A DNA stretch of 63,203 bases, counting the filler. It is 8 parts of 8 records of this genome, joined end to end, with 100 filler letters (N's around TTAATTAATTAA, not from the genome) between each part and the next. Parts side by side here need not be neighbours in the genome. Positions count along the whole stretch, not along the records: positions 20,828 to 28,883 come from SRR7504441_329; positions 28,984 to 32,622 come from SRR7504441_331; positions 32,723 to 37,160 come from SRR7504441_333; 5 more parts are not named here. One strand, given 5' to 3'. The position numbers were made by a program, and so were the translations under genes. Numbering within the stretch: the first letter of the stretch is position 1; each line of letters begins with the position of its first letter. Below the pieces are notes generated by a model. It worked only from the letters and a program-made list of their open reading frames with translations. It was not told the origin of the DNA and searched no databases. Shown here in pieces: positions 21,880 through 32,952 of this stretch.

Positions 21880-22865
21880 CTAGAGTTTGGATGCATTCTT
21901 GGCAGCTGCCTTCTTCTTCTTCTTGGCTGCAGCTGCTGCGGCGGCTCTTTCTCGTGTCTCCTCCGAGGTAAATGCCTTCAGGATCACTTCATTCTCTGTA
22001 TCCATCAGGCGTGCGAGGCTATCTCGGTCCATACTATGTCGGTGGATGATTTGCTTTGTCAGCCGCAACGCCGTGCCATTGCTGGCAGCAAACTCACGGG
22101 CTACCTCCTGCCCACGTGCGAGCAGTTGGCTGGCCGACACCATTTCATTGCACAGCCCGTACCGGAGCGCCTGCTCTGCTGGGCACCAGCGATTGAGCAT
22201 GAGCAGCTCTTTGGCCCGAGGCAGCCCACAGATCACTGGCAGGGCGCGAGAGCTCCCAAGCTCGGGGGTGAGGCCCAGCCGAGTGAATGGCCACAGAAAC
22301 TTGGCCTGTTCCGAGCAGATCACGTAGTCATGGTAGTTTGCCAGCGCCATATTGGCCCCACCGCCCACAGCCAGGCCGTTGACTGCGCACACCGACGGCT
22401 TGGGGAAGTCCCAGAAGGCCAGCGTCAGGTTCTTGCATGCCACGTCCGTGCCCGCCAGGGGGTGCCCCATCCCGCGGGCCAGGTATGCCTGCATGACCGG
22501 CTCCGGGATCGCGGCGGCGGCTTCGTCCGCCTGGTCGGTCGAGTTCCAGTCGGCGCCCGAGTTGAACGCTCGGCCGGCGGCGGTCCAGAGCAGACAGCGG
22601 ACCTGCGGGTCGTGGGCGGCGTGCTCCAGGATCAGGAACATCTCCCACACCTGGAGCAGCCGGAGCGCGTTCAGGTTCTTTGGTGTGTTGAAGGTGGCGG
22701 TCGCCACTCCATCTGACGACAGCGAGAACCTGATCAACTGCGGCCACAGGCTCAGGCGCGCCGGGCGCAGGGGCTCGCCTTGAGCGCATGCGCGCTGCCG
22801 CGGGTCCGCTGCCCGTCTGCGCCCACCTCATACAGCCACACCTGGTCCTCCAGCAGCCCTGTCAT
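21880..22865 (-). CDS. Enoyl-CoA hydratase/isomerase (ECI2-like), peroxisomal (PTS1); one GC-AG intron 22738-22778
   Basis: Crotonase motifs AFNSGAD, FPKPSVCAVNGLAVGGG, PFTRLGLTPELGSS. C-terminal SKL*. Exon 1 MTGLLEDQ...HALK joins LIRFSL in frame through AAG|GCGAGC...GCAG. Confidence 0.88.
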
Positions 22866-23021
22866 CTCGGTGCGTGCGGACCGGGACGTTCAAGCAGCCC
22901 GGAGTCAGTTGGCTCGGGAGTCAAGCTTGTGTGTGGCGTTGGCCGTTGTGGGGGCGGCGTGCCTGAGGCGCTGCCTGTCATCTTCGGTGTGACACGCCCA
23001 GGGCTGGCAGCAGGCCCGGCG

Positions 23022-26000
23022 ATGACTGAGTCTGCTCCCATCCCGATGCTGATCACGGCGGGCGGCGAACGGGTGCTCGAGCTGACCGACAGCAAGAACC
23101 AGCAGCTGCTCTCGGACCTGGCCGAGGAGAACCGCCGGCTGCGGGCCGAGCTGCTCGTCGAGCTGCAGGTGCGAGACCAGGAGCTCGGGCTGATTGGTCA
23201 GCTCGACGGGCTGCGGGCCGAGCAGGCCCAGCTGGCCCGGACCAACCGAGCCCAGGCCGCCCGACTGGCCGAGCTCGAGGCCAAGCCCGGCCGGCTCGGG
23301 GCGCTGGAGATCGAGCTCGAGCTGCTGCGGGAGCAGAGCGAGGCGCAGCAAGAGACCGAGGCCGAGCTCCAGGCCACCCGCCAGGCGCTGGCCGCGGCCG
23401 AACGGGCCCAGCTGGCCGCGGAGAACAAGCTCCGTCAACAGGACGCTCAGCTAGCCGGCTGGCGGGCCGAGGCGCAGGCGGCCGGCGGGCTCGAGCGTCA
23501 GCTGACCGCGGCCGAGGACCGGCTAGCGGCAGCCGAGGCGGCCAGGGCGGATGAGGCGGCGGATCGGAGGCAGCAGGCGGCGGAGCTGCGACGGGCCGAG
23601 AAGGCGAGGGATGTGGCGCTCGAGAGGCTGAATGAGGCCGAGGAGCGGCTGTTCGAGGCCGGCGAGCAGACTGGTAAACTAGCCCGGCTGGAAATAGAGG
23701 TGGCGTCTCTCCGACGGGGAGAGGCCGACCGGCGGCGGGCTGAGCACGACCAGACGGCGCATGTGAGCAAGCTGGCCGCCGAACTGGAGGCCGTGAGCAT
23801 GGTACTGGACCAGAATAGCAAAGCGCTGGCCGAGAAGAGCCTGGAGGTGACGGAGAAGACAGCCGTCATCGAGCAGATGGAGCGGCAGCTGGCTGCGGCC
23901 CGTGGCACGAACCCTGAGGTGAGCAGCCAGCTGGCGAGATTCGAAGAGATTAACAGGCTCTCAACAGCCCGTGTGCTGGCGCTTGAACAAGAGCTTGACC
24001 GAAAGGAGCAGATGCTGCAGGAAGCAGCAGATAGGACCAGGAGCCAGCTGCACACGGCGAGGCACGCTCGAGCGGCCAGGCAGATGGGAATCGACGGGCC
24101 TGTCCAGAGCTGGCTGGAGCTTCCGGAGCTGCACACCCGACCGGTGGAGAGGATGGCCGAGCCTGAGGGCTGGGAGCGAGTGTGCTCGGCCATGCACCAG
24201 GACGCAGAGCGGGCCTCGGAGCTCAGGGCGGTGCAAGATCGATTGAATGTGACCAGCCGAGCGCTTGATGAGGTGAATGCCAAGAAGGCGGAGCAAGTGC
24301 ACATCCTGAGCAGTGAGCTGCAACGGACCAAGGCCGAGCTGAGTAATGCCCAGATGGGCAGGCAGCAAGCTGAGGCGGCACTGGAGGAGCACATGCAGGA
24401 GGATAATGAGCAGCTGCGAGAGTTGCAGCGCAGGCTGCGGAACCGGCCGGGTGTAGAGGACACGAAGCAGGATGAGGAACGAGAGGCCTTACAGGCCGAG
24501 TTGGCTCGCACTAGGCGCCAGCTAAAGGAGGCGCAAGAGGCCCGAGGGGCCAGACAACTTGGCGAGGCTGTGAGCGCGATGAGGAGAGGTGTGTACCTGG
24601 TTAGTAGCGGCAGTTGATTTGGGGTTTGGCAGGTGGTTCAGGCGACGGGCCTTTGGCTGTTGAACTGGAGCAAATCATAGACGAGCTAGAGACGCAGCAT
24701 GTTGAACAGGTCGAGGCCGACACAGCATTGCACGTGCAACAGGTCGAGGCAGACCTCGAGCACACAAGACTTGAGCTGGAGCAGTTGCGTCAGGCTAGAG
24801 CTTTGGGCACCGAAGAGCATGCGGGTCTGACGGGGAGGCTGGAGGAGGAGATGCAGCTGGTGGAGGCTCTGGAGAGCGAGATTGATCGGCTCAAGCAACA
24901 GCTAGCCGAGCGCAGCCCGAGAAGGGCGGTTGAAGATGAGGAGGGCAAGGCTGCCATGCGACAGCTCGAAGATCAGCTGCGCCAAACCCGGAAAGAACTG
25001 AGCACAATGCAGCAAATCTACCGGCAGCAGGAAGACCAAGTTGAAGAGAACTTTTCGCAGCTCAAGGATGATCTCATGCAGAGGCTGATTGTGTGCAGCA
25101 AGGTGCGTGAAAAGGCAGATGCATGTCGCGCCGCTGTAACCAACGCGTACGCTACTTCACCGCTTGCAGTACTGCCGGCTGTTGATGAATTCGTACCAGC
25201 AGAAGCTCCAACATTTGTTGTGGATAAGGGTGAGCACAGGGTCAAAGCAGCTCAAGCGGATGCGGTGCAAAGTGAGGGAGCCTTGGAAGAGCAGCTGAGA
25301 GACGTGGCAGCTCAGAAGGCAGCACTTAGGGAGGAGCAGCAAGCGCTAGCTAGGGAGAAGGCAGCATGGGAAGCCGAGGAGGCACACCGGAAAGACTTAG
25401 CAGCTCAAGAGGCGGCTCTCAGGGAGGAGCAGTTAGCGCTGGCTAGGCAGAAAGCAGAATTAGAAACTGAGGAAGCGCAGCACAGAGTGCTAGCAGCTCA
25501 GGAGGTGGCTCTTAAGGAACAGCGAGCAGCAGCCCAGGAGGCAGCTCTCAAGCAGCAGGAAGTGGCAGCCGATGAGGCAGCCCTCAAGGAACAACAGCGA
25601 GCAGCAGCCCAGGAGGCAGCAGCCCAGGAGGCAGCTCTGAAAGAACAACAGCAAGCAGCAGTCCAGGAGGCAGCTCTTAAAGAGGAGCAGCAAGCACTTT
25701 TGAAGAGAGCGGCCGAGGAGGCGCAGCAGAGAGACTTAGCAGCTCAGACTGCTCTTTTACAGCAAGCTCTGGCCAGGCAGCGGAACGTGGAGGAAGCCCA
25801 TGAAGAATCGATTGATTGGGATAGCAGCAGCAGCGATGTTTCCGACTATTGTGACGATAGCAATAGCACCGCTCCACCGGAACAGCAGGTGCTGTTGCAG
25901 CGTGCTAGGCCAGTGCCGGAGCCTGAGGTTTCGATGAATCGAAAGGCTACTTTGCCTTACGAATTGGCTATATCCGAAAGGCCGCCGGCGAGGCGCCGCG

Positions 26001-26098
26001 TCGAGAACGTCGAGCGCACAAGCCCTCGGAGGACGACACACGGGATGCGAGCTTCGAGCCATAAGTTTGGGATAACATCGGTTTCCACGAGACAATGA
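23022..26098 (+). CDS. Long coiled-coil protein (unknown function), intron at about 24589-24632
   Basis: Two long E/Q/L/A/R-rich ORFs (22788-24617 and 24614-26098) joined by a gtgtgt...ggcag intron. ATG at 23022. Confidence 0.7.
25307..25770 (+). repeat. Degenerate coding tandem repeat (AAQEAAL[KR]EEQ units)
   Basis: About 9 variants of gcagc[tc]caggaggcagctct.aag within the coiled-coil CDS. Confidence 0.75.
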
Positions 26099-26357
26099 CC
26101 ATGGTTGAGGCTATGTACACTGCGACTACCCTGCGACACTTTAGCTAAGTCGAGGAAATAACCGCGGATTCATTCATAAGTACTATTATACATAAGTACG
26201 ATGATCATGAGCATAAACTAACATTAAAGTGAGTCGATCGGCCGGTCAGTCCCCACTAGACCCGGCGAACTCGTCTCTGGAAGACGAGGAAGATCTAGAG
26301 CGGCCGGTCTCTTGACCCCTTGGCCCCTCAGCTCCCAACGCTTAGAACTGGGCGAGG

Positions 26358-28448
26358 ATGGAGCCTGCGGGCAGTCCCGGCCCGGAGGGGGAGCCGAACA
26401 AGTCGGACCTGAAGGCGCGGTTCTCAAAGCTGCGGAAGCGGATGGTGGACACCAACCTGCTGCTCGAGCTCTTCGAGGAGAGCGAGGCCGAGGTGGCCAG
26501 GCTCAACACCACGCTGCAGCAGGAGCAGGCCCGTTGCGCCGGGCTCACCCGACAGCTCTCCGAGGCCAACCTGTCACTCGAGGCGCGCCAGGGCGCGGAC
26601 ACCCGCCGCGAGATGGACGAGCTGGCCGGGGAAAACGCCCGTATGAAGCGCGAGCTGACCGGGGCGGCGGCCCGGCACAAGGCGTCCGGGAAGCGGATAG
26701 AGGAGCTGCAGCTCAAGCTGGTCGGACTGGAGAGGGCCCGGGCCGGCGAGCGGCTCCGGCACGAGGAGGAGGGCCGGAGGGGACGGCAGGAGCTAGAGCG
26801 CTGCCGGGCAGAGCTGGAGCGCTGCCGGGCAGCTGCGCTGGCCGAGAAGCGTGAACGAGAACGGGAGCCGGCGCCGGAGCCAGTGCCGGCGCCGGTGCCA
26901 GCAGCGGAGCCGGCGGCGGAGTTTAAGGCTCAGCAGGAGGAGATGGCGCGTCGGCTGGCCGAGTTGGAGCAAAAGATGTTGAATGTGGAGAAGTCGGAGC
27001 CTAAGAAGAAGAAGAAAGACAAGCGGCAACGGGCGGACAGGGAGGACGAACGGAGCTCTAGGAAGAGCCCAAAGCTGCGGCACCAGCCGGAGCATTCCGA
27101 GCTGCCGGCCTTCGCGCAGCCGGTGCTGAGTGCCGCTCTCGCTCCCAGATCTGAGTCAACTAGCGTGCCCATTGTTGCGACTGTGCTACCAAAGGCGAGC
27201 AGCACGGCGCCGGCAGCTGCGTCCCCGGTGGCCGAACACTCTGCAAAGCCGGCCCCGGAGCTGCTGTTTCGGCCGGCTCGCCCACGGTGGTGCGAGCTCT
27301 GGCAGCTCCGACAGTCAATCGAGGCAGGAGCAGGGCTCACTGTCAGCGCTGTCCGGCCGAGCTGGTGGCGCCCACTAGACTTCTTCGGCTGGCTGGCCGA
27401 GCACGTGGCTGGCGCGTGGCGCCCGTTGTCGGCCAGCCAGATTGACGGCAGACTGGATCCAGCTGGAGTGGCCAGTCTGGTCCAGCTTGCTGGGGTGGTC
27501 CAACGGACTTGCAGGCACTGGGCAGGCGTGGGCCGGGTCAGCTTACTGGAGATGCTCGCATTGTATCTGTCCGACTCGGTGGCCGAGCGGATTGGCCGGG
27601 CCGAGCTCGGCGAGTTGGTCGGGCTGACGTTGCTCGCCGGAGCATGCTGCCAGCTTCTAGGAGTCAGCGGGGTGAGAATGGCTCAGGTGCTGTTGCATCA
27701 GCTGCTAGTGCGCTGCCACAGGGCCAAAAACCAGCTCGAACCGGCCGCGCAGGCACTGCCGCTGGCGCTGGCGCTGTGCTGTCCTATGGCGTTTGGGGGC
27801 GTGGATGCGGCGGGTGAGAGCCACAGCACGCTGCTCAGCTCGGTGGTAGAGGCTGTGCTCTCTAGAGGCCCGACTGCACAGCGGCTGGCTGCTGCGCTCA
27901 AATGGCCCACCAGTGCCGCGACCGATCTGGGCAGCGACCAGGCGATCGCGGAGTGCATCGGCCGAACGCTCAAGATGCCGGGTGACACCAAGCAGGTGGT
28001 TGCCAACCGGTTTTGCGCCACCCGATCGTGCGAGCTGATGGCAGCGTTCCGTGGAGCTGAGTGGGCAATGAAGCACATCGTAGAGGAACAGGTGTGGCCG
28101 ATGATGAGCCCCGAGGCGCAGAGTCCGCATCTGCGCGGGGCTGTGAGGATCATGGGCGTGGTCGGGGAACAGGCGTGCAATGAGCAGGCTGATGCAGTGG
28201 CCAGTAAGATTAAGGAAACACTTGTGCTGACGCTCGAGACACCGGCTGAGCTACAAAGACTGCCGTTGATGGCAGAGGTCGCTGCTGTGGAGTCGATCTT
28301 GGAAATGGATACCGAGGATCCTGCACTATGCAAAAGGGTGTTGCGTTGGTATGATTCGCTAGAGCCGGAGCAACGGAGCTCGTTGCCAAATCGGCTAGTG
28401 CTCAATTTGGATCTGACGGCTTCCTTACACGACGACGCTGATAGCTAG
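26358..28448 (+). CDS. Probable ICE1 (little elongation complex subunit 1)-like protein: N-terminal coiled coil plus C-terminal helical domain
   Basis: Intronless 696-aa ORF. N-terminal LRKRMVDTNLLLELF and C-terminal ELMAAFRGAEWAMKHIVEEQVWPMM...VRIMGVVG...LPLMAEVAAVESILEM...P...W resemble the conserved ends of metazoan ICE1 (from memory). Contains a basic NLS (KKKKKDKRQR). Confidence 0.55.
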   Translation: MEPAGSPGPEGEPNKSDLKARFSKLRKRMVDTNLLLELFEESEAEVARLNTTLQQEQARCAGLTRQLSEANLSLEARQGADTRREMDELAGENARMKRELTGAAARHKASGKRIEELQLKLVGLERARAGERLRHEEEGRRGRQELERCRAELERCRAAALAEKREREREPAPEPVPAPVPAAEPAAEFKAQQEEMARRLAELEQKMLNVEKSEPKKKKKDKRQRADREDERSSRKSPKLRHQPEHSELPAFAQPVLSAALAPRSESTSVPIVATVLPKASSTAPAAASPVAEHSAKPAPELLFRPARPRWCELWQLRQSIEAGAGLTVSAVRPSWWRPLDFFGWLAEHVAGAWRPLSASQIDGRLDPAGVASLVQLAGVVQRTCRHWAGVGRVSLLEMLALYLSDSVAERIGRAELGELVGLTLLAGACCQLLGVSGVRMAQVLLHQLLVRCHRAKNQLEPAAQALPLALALCCPMAFGGVDAAGESHSTLLSSVVEAVLSRGPTAQRLAAALKWPTSAATDLGSDQAIAECIGRTLKMPGDTKQVVANRFCATRSCELMAAFRGAEWAMKHIVEEQVWPMMSPEAQSPHLRGAVRIMGVVGEQACNEQADAVASKIKETLVLTLETPAELQRLPLMAEVAAVESILEMDTEDPALCKRVLRWYDSLEPEQRSSLPNRLVLNLDLTASLHDDADS

Positions 28449-28861
28449 TCTTGTCATCGCCGTGGCATCCACGTAATAATATAGCAGGACAACAAGAATA
28501 AAATGTACGGGTTATGATTTAAGCATGCACGATTATTCATTTGATCAAATACTTGGAGAATACTTGATATTAGCGAGGAGGCAAGATTAGAACTGGACTG
28601 CATTTGCTCAAGGAGGCAAGACTAGAACTGGTTGTGCGAGTGCAGCAAGGACTTTTCGAAAGTCAGCTGACAGTGGCCAGCTTCGGCAACGGCAACGGCC
28701 TCACGAGCGTTGGCGCCGAAAGCGCGCGCGAGAGAAGGGGTACAGCCAACCTTCTTTGCACTTGGGAAACCTTCATGTTGGGAAAGCGGTAACCTCCTTC
28801 CTTTTTCAGAACGTTTTGTTACTGGTCGTGCGTCCGACGCGCCAGAGCCCAAGCTACAAGC

Positions 28862-28883
28862 ATGGTGAGTAAGCCCGCCACCA
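28862..28883 (+). CDS. Start of a gene truncated by the contig end (ATG followed immediately by a GTGAGT donor)
   Basis: caagcATG|gtgagt at the contig end; tandem CAACGG at 28687-28698 upstream. Confidence 0.35.
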
Positions 28884-28983
28884 NNNNNNNNNNNNNNNNN
28901 NNNNNNNNNNNNNNNNNNNNNNNNNNNTTAATTAATTAANNNNNNNNNNNNNNNNNNNNNNNNNNNNNNNNNNNNNNNNNNNN
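28884..28983. other. Artificial contig spacer
   Basis: N44-TTAATTAATTAA-N44. Confidence 0.97.
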
Positions 28984-31937
28984 GAGACCGAGGAGCGGGT
29001 GGAGAGTCTGGTCAAGCTGCACAACCCGTGGGGCGACCAGGAGTGGAAGGGGGACTGGTCGGATACTTCTAGCCGCTGGACTCCGGAGATGCAGGCCAGG
29101 CTGGGGCACAAGCCGGTGCTCGACGACGGTGCATGAAATACCTCTGGCCGCGGCTGACTGGGCTGGCCAGGCGAGTTCTATATGAGTCTGAAGGACATGT
29201 GCAATACGTATACCCATTTGGTCTGGGTGAGAGTCCGACCCGAAACAGGGCTCCAAGCATGGAAGCGCGCCGTCTCCTCCGGCGAATGGAAGCTCCAGTC
29301 GGCCAACCAGACGCTGCACGCAGTGGGAGGCTGTCCGAACTACCTCAGTTGGTGGACCAACCCACAGTTCAGCATGCGGCTGCTAGAACCTAGTCTGGTG
29401 CACATTTCAGTCGAGCAGAGGGCGGGGCACCTGCATCCAGATGGGTTCCGGGGGTACATGTGCATCGGGTTCACGCTGTTCCGGCTGGAGGACTCAGCCG
29501 AGGAGCTGGTGCTCAGCCCGACCCCGCAGTTGGCAGTGGGGAGCTCAGAGTACTCGGCATCTCAGGTGAAAGACCCGTGCTGACTGTGTGTGTGATTCTG
29601 CTGTTGCAGGCGGTCGGAATGACTTTCAAGCTCACTCGGCCGGGGGTGTACAAGATTGTCCCGACCACGCTTCGGCCTGGCGGGCTGGGCAAGTTCCACC
29701 TATCAGTCAGCTCGCTCCAAATCGACACCAAGGGCCGGATCGGGCCAGAGTCCCAGATGCCTCAGCAGCCGGCCACCCCGGCCTTCGAGCTGTCCCCTAC
29801 CCCGCACGCAATCAGCGAGGCCCAGCGCCGGGTAATGACTGCGTCATTTGGCGGGCTCAAGGACGAGCGGCTTCAGCTGGTTGAGCAGGAGCCTCAGCAG
29901 GAGCTGCTCGTTGACCTGCTTGAGCTCGGGGAGGGCGGCACACTGCGCGAGCGACAGCAACGGTACTGGGGGGTGCTGGTCACTGTGTACGGCCGGCGGA
30001 CCAGCGCGAGCACGAGCAAGGTAGCCGAGCTGCTCCAGGCGAACGACGTGCCGTTTGTGCTCGTTGACTTCAGCCTCGATGGGAACGGGAAACTGCCTCC
30101 GCATATCCGGGACGGTATCAGGAATCAGGTGGGCTCAGAGGGGTTCCAGCTGCCCGTGATCGAGACTGCACTCGGGGAGGTGATCGTGCAAGGGCTCAAG
30201 GACGAGCCGCTCACGGCTCACAACATAGAGCAGGAGGTCGTGCTTGCGTATCCGTGGGACCAGGTTGGGGTGTTTAACGGCCAACAGATCAGCGCTCACA
30301 AGATCGCCACCGATACAGTCAAGTCTCACAAGAACCAGCTCGCACAGCTCCGCCAGTCGGCGGATGTGATCCGGACCCAGGCTGACCGCAGGATCAAGAC
30401 ACTGACTTCCAACTGGCAGGCAGCAACTGTGGAGCTCGATGCAGTCTCGCTGCGGTCAGCGCTTCTAGAAGCGTGGGCCCAGAAGCGGCACGCCGAGATG
30501 CTCCTCCGGCAGCTGAACTCCGAGGCGGCTGCTGAGCACAAGCTGGCTTTGCTCGAGCAGAAGCGGCAGGCCAGGGCTGAGTTGGCGGACCAAGACCTGT
30601 TGGGGCTGGCCTCTGAGGCAGAGCCTGAGCCGGAGGTGGCCGAGGTGCCGACAGTTGCGCGACAGATTGTGGCCCGAGTGGGGCAGAGGATAAAGCAAGA
30701 TGGGCTTTCGCGGCGGGAGGCGGCGCACCGGGCTGCCAACAGCTTGCTGTCGCGGCCGGAGCTCGGACTGAGTTACGATGCAGAACACGCATCGATCAGC
30801 CAACTGGCCAGTCAAATCATGAGGAATATGCCTAGCACCCACCGCCGGTTGGCCGACGGCGGGCGGGAGCGGACCGAGGCTGCCGAGGATGCGGCCCAGT
30901 CCTTGTACGACATGGAACTCAAGGTGAGGCAGGCCGCTGAGGCTCGAGCAATCAAGTCGGCCGCATCAGACAAGAAGGACAACAAGCAGGCCGCCCCAGG
31001 AGGATGGTTCCGCGGCGAGCTCCCGGATCCCCAGGAGGATGGTTCCAAGCCGTGGCCCAAGATACCCAAGCCAGAGGCCCGCCGGCTGGTGGTCGAGATT
31101 TATGACCAAGACTCGCCTGACGGTACAATGATGAGTGGAAACGCTCAGGCAATCATGACCGAGATACACCGCGCGCTGGCCAATCAGTCCCTGGCGTCCC
31201 TGCCCAATTCTGAGGACAGCGCGGTAGTCCCAGTGGAGGTGAAGTCGGACACAGGCGAGTTCGACTTTGAGGCAGCAGCAGCACAGGTCCAGCAGCAGCT
31301 ACCAGCGCTCCAGCCTGGCGACAAGCCACTGTGCATTGCACGAGTGGTTGCCGCCGACATGGCGCCGTATGGGCAGGCGTTCGGCTTCTGGATCGCTACG
31401 CATAGAGTCGATATGCCGGCCAACCTAGCGGGTCGGGCACCTGGCGGCTGGTTTGAGGGGCCGGAGCCTGGACTGGAGGAAGCGGAAGACCTCGTGTGGG
31501 TGCCAGACGAGATGCTACATGGCACACTGCAGCTCAAGCAATGGCAGCTGAACAGCCAGCGGAGCAAGAGGCTGGAACCAGCAGACGCCGAGAAGGTCAA
31601 GCAGGCCCGGGCAGCGGCCACGGCCACCCACCTGCGGGGTGTGGAGGGCTGGTTTAGCAATGCCGGGCTCGAGGTTCCTGAGATGGACGGCCCACTCGAA
31701 TCAGGCTTTCGGGTGCAGATGAGCCAAGCAAAGCAAGCCGGGCTGGCGGCAGTCGAAATGGAGATCGAACGGCAGATCAGCCGGCTGATGCTGCACGAGC
31801 CCAAGGAGACGGAGCTGGACGGGCTGAGGGCTGGGATTGATAGAGTGGCTGAGGAGAAGGCGCTCAACAACAGATACTCGGACGAGTTTGACTTCAAGTA
31901 CAAGTATAAGTACGCCTATAAGTTCATCTATACTTGA
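28984..31937 (+). CDS. Calpain-family cysteine protease, 5'-truncated (end of CysPc, domain III, long C-terminal extension); at least 2 introns
   Basis: LVKLHNPWGDQEWKGDWSD (catalytic Asn), DDG|EFYMS, domain III GEW...GGCPNY..WWTNPQF, IGFTLF, GVYKIVPTT..PG..GKFHLSV. Confidence 0.87.
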
Positions 31938-32225
31938 ATAAACTGTACATGTATGCATCATTACTGTACTGCACTGAGCTCGGCGTATGATCAATATTCA
32001 AGAACCTTTACTCGGCACGGGAGAGAAGTTTTTGATTTACGAGTATTTACGCAGTATACTCGTACTCTCATCAGAGACGAAAGCGCACGCAGGTCTACCG
32101 TGATATTAGGCGCTTGAGGCCAACGACTCGAGTTCCCAGGGAGCCAGGCAGGGGACGGACTGTCGGTGGGTCCAGCGATCGACTCCGGCAAGTACTGATA
32201 TCTGTTTTATTGTCTACATAGCTCC

Positions 32226-32622
32226 TCAAATCCCGATGGGCAGAGGCGTATTGTCGGCTGTTCGGTACACCACCACCGCTAGCGCCCCTGCCAGCGGAGT
32301 CAGCTGCGCCTGGCCCGCGCGGGCTTACCGATATAGAAGTAGGCGTAGTGCTTCGTCTCGTGTGTGATCCTGCAGCCGCCGATCGGCCAGTGAGCGAGCC
32401 AGCGGCGCACGCAGTTTTGAATCCCCGGCCCACAATGCATTGCCATGCCGGGTTGTACTTCAAGTCCATGGCCTTTTTAATATCCTCTGCCCCCGGGCTC
32501 GGCCGGCCGGCCACCTGGCGGCGCACCAGCGGCCTCCTGCTCCTTCTTATCCATCTTCTCGATGGCGATCTGCCGGCGGGGCTGGCGGGGGCGGGGGGGG
32601 GGCGGGGGCGGGACCTGGGCCA
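32226..32622 (-). CDS. Dynein light chain type 1 (LC8 family), 5'-truncated; 4 introns of about 40-45 nt
   Basis: Spliced IAIEKMDKKEQEAAEDIKKAMDLKYNPAWQCIVGRGFKTAITHETKHYAYFYIGALAVVVYRT...*. Confidence 0.9.
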
Positions 32623-32722
32623 NNNNNNNNNNNNNNNNNNNNNNNNNNNNNNNNNNNNNNNNNNNNTTAATTAATTAANNNNNNNNNNNNNNNNNNNNNN
32701 NNNNNNNNNNNNNNNNNNNNNN
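32623..32722. other. Artificial contig spacer
   Basis: N44-TTAATTAATTAA-N44. Confidence 0.97.
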
Positions 32723-32952
32723 CGACTGGTCCACGGAGCATAAGCGGGCTTTCGTGGAGCAAAAGCACGAGTCCACTCCGGCTGGGTTGCCCATTTCGTG
32801 GCCCCCAACACAACCTCACTTTCGATGTTGATTTAATGTTGATTCACTCAGGACTTTGAAAATTAAACTGTGACGATTGTGCTAATTTTGAATTCCTTTA
32901 TAAATCATCGACCCATTCTATCAGTCGCGTCGGTCGACCGGTAACACTATAC

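Noticed and set aside
454..22788. ORF-track 5' extensions (starts at 454, 6938, 9230, 9935, 20629, 22788)
   Set aside because: They use non-ATG codons or run into neighbouring genes and promoters. Downstream ATGs coincide with signal peptides or domain starts.
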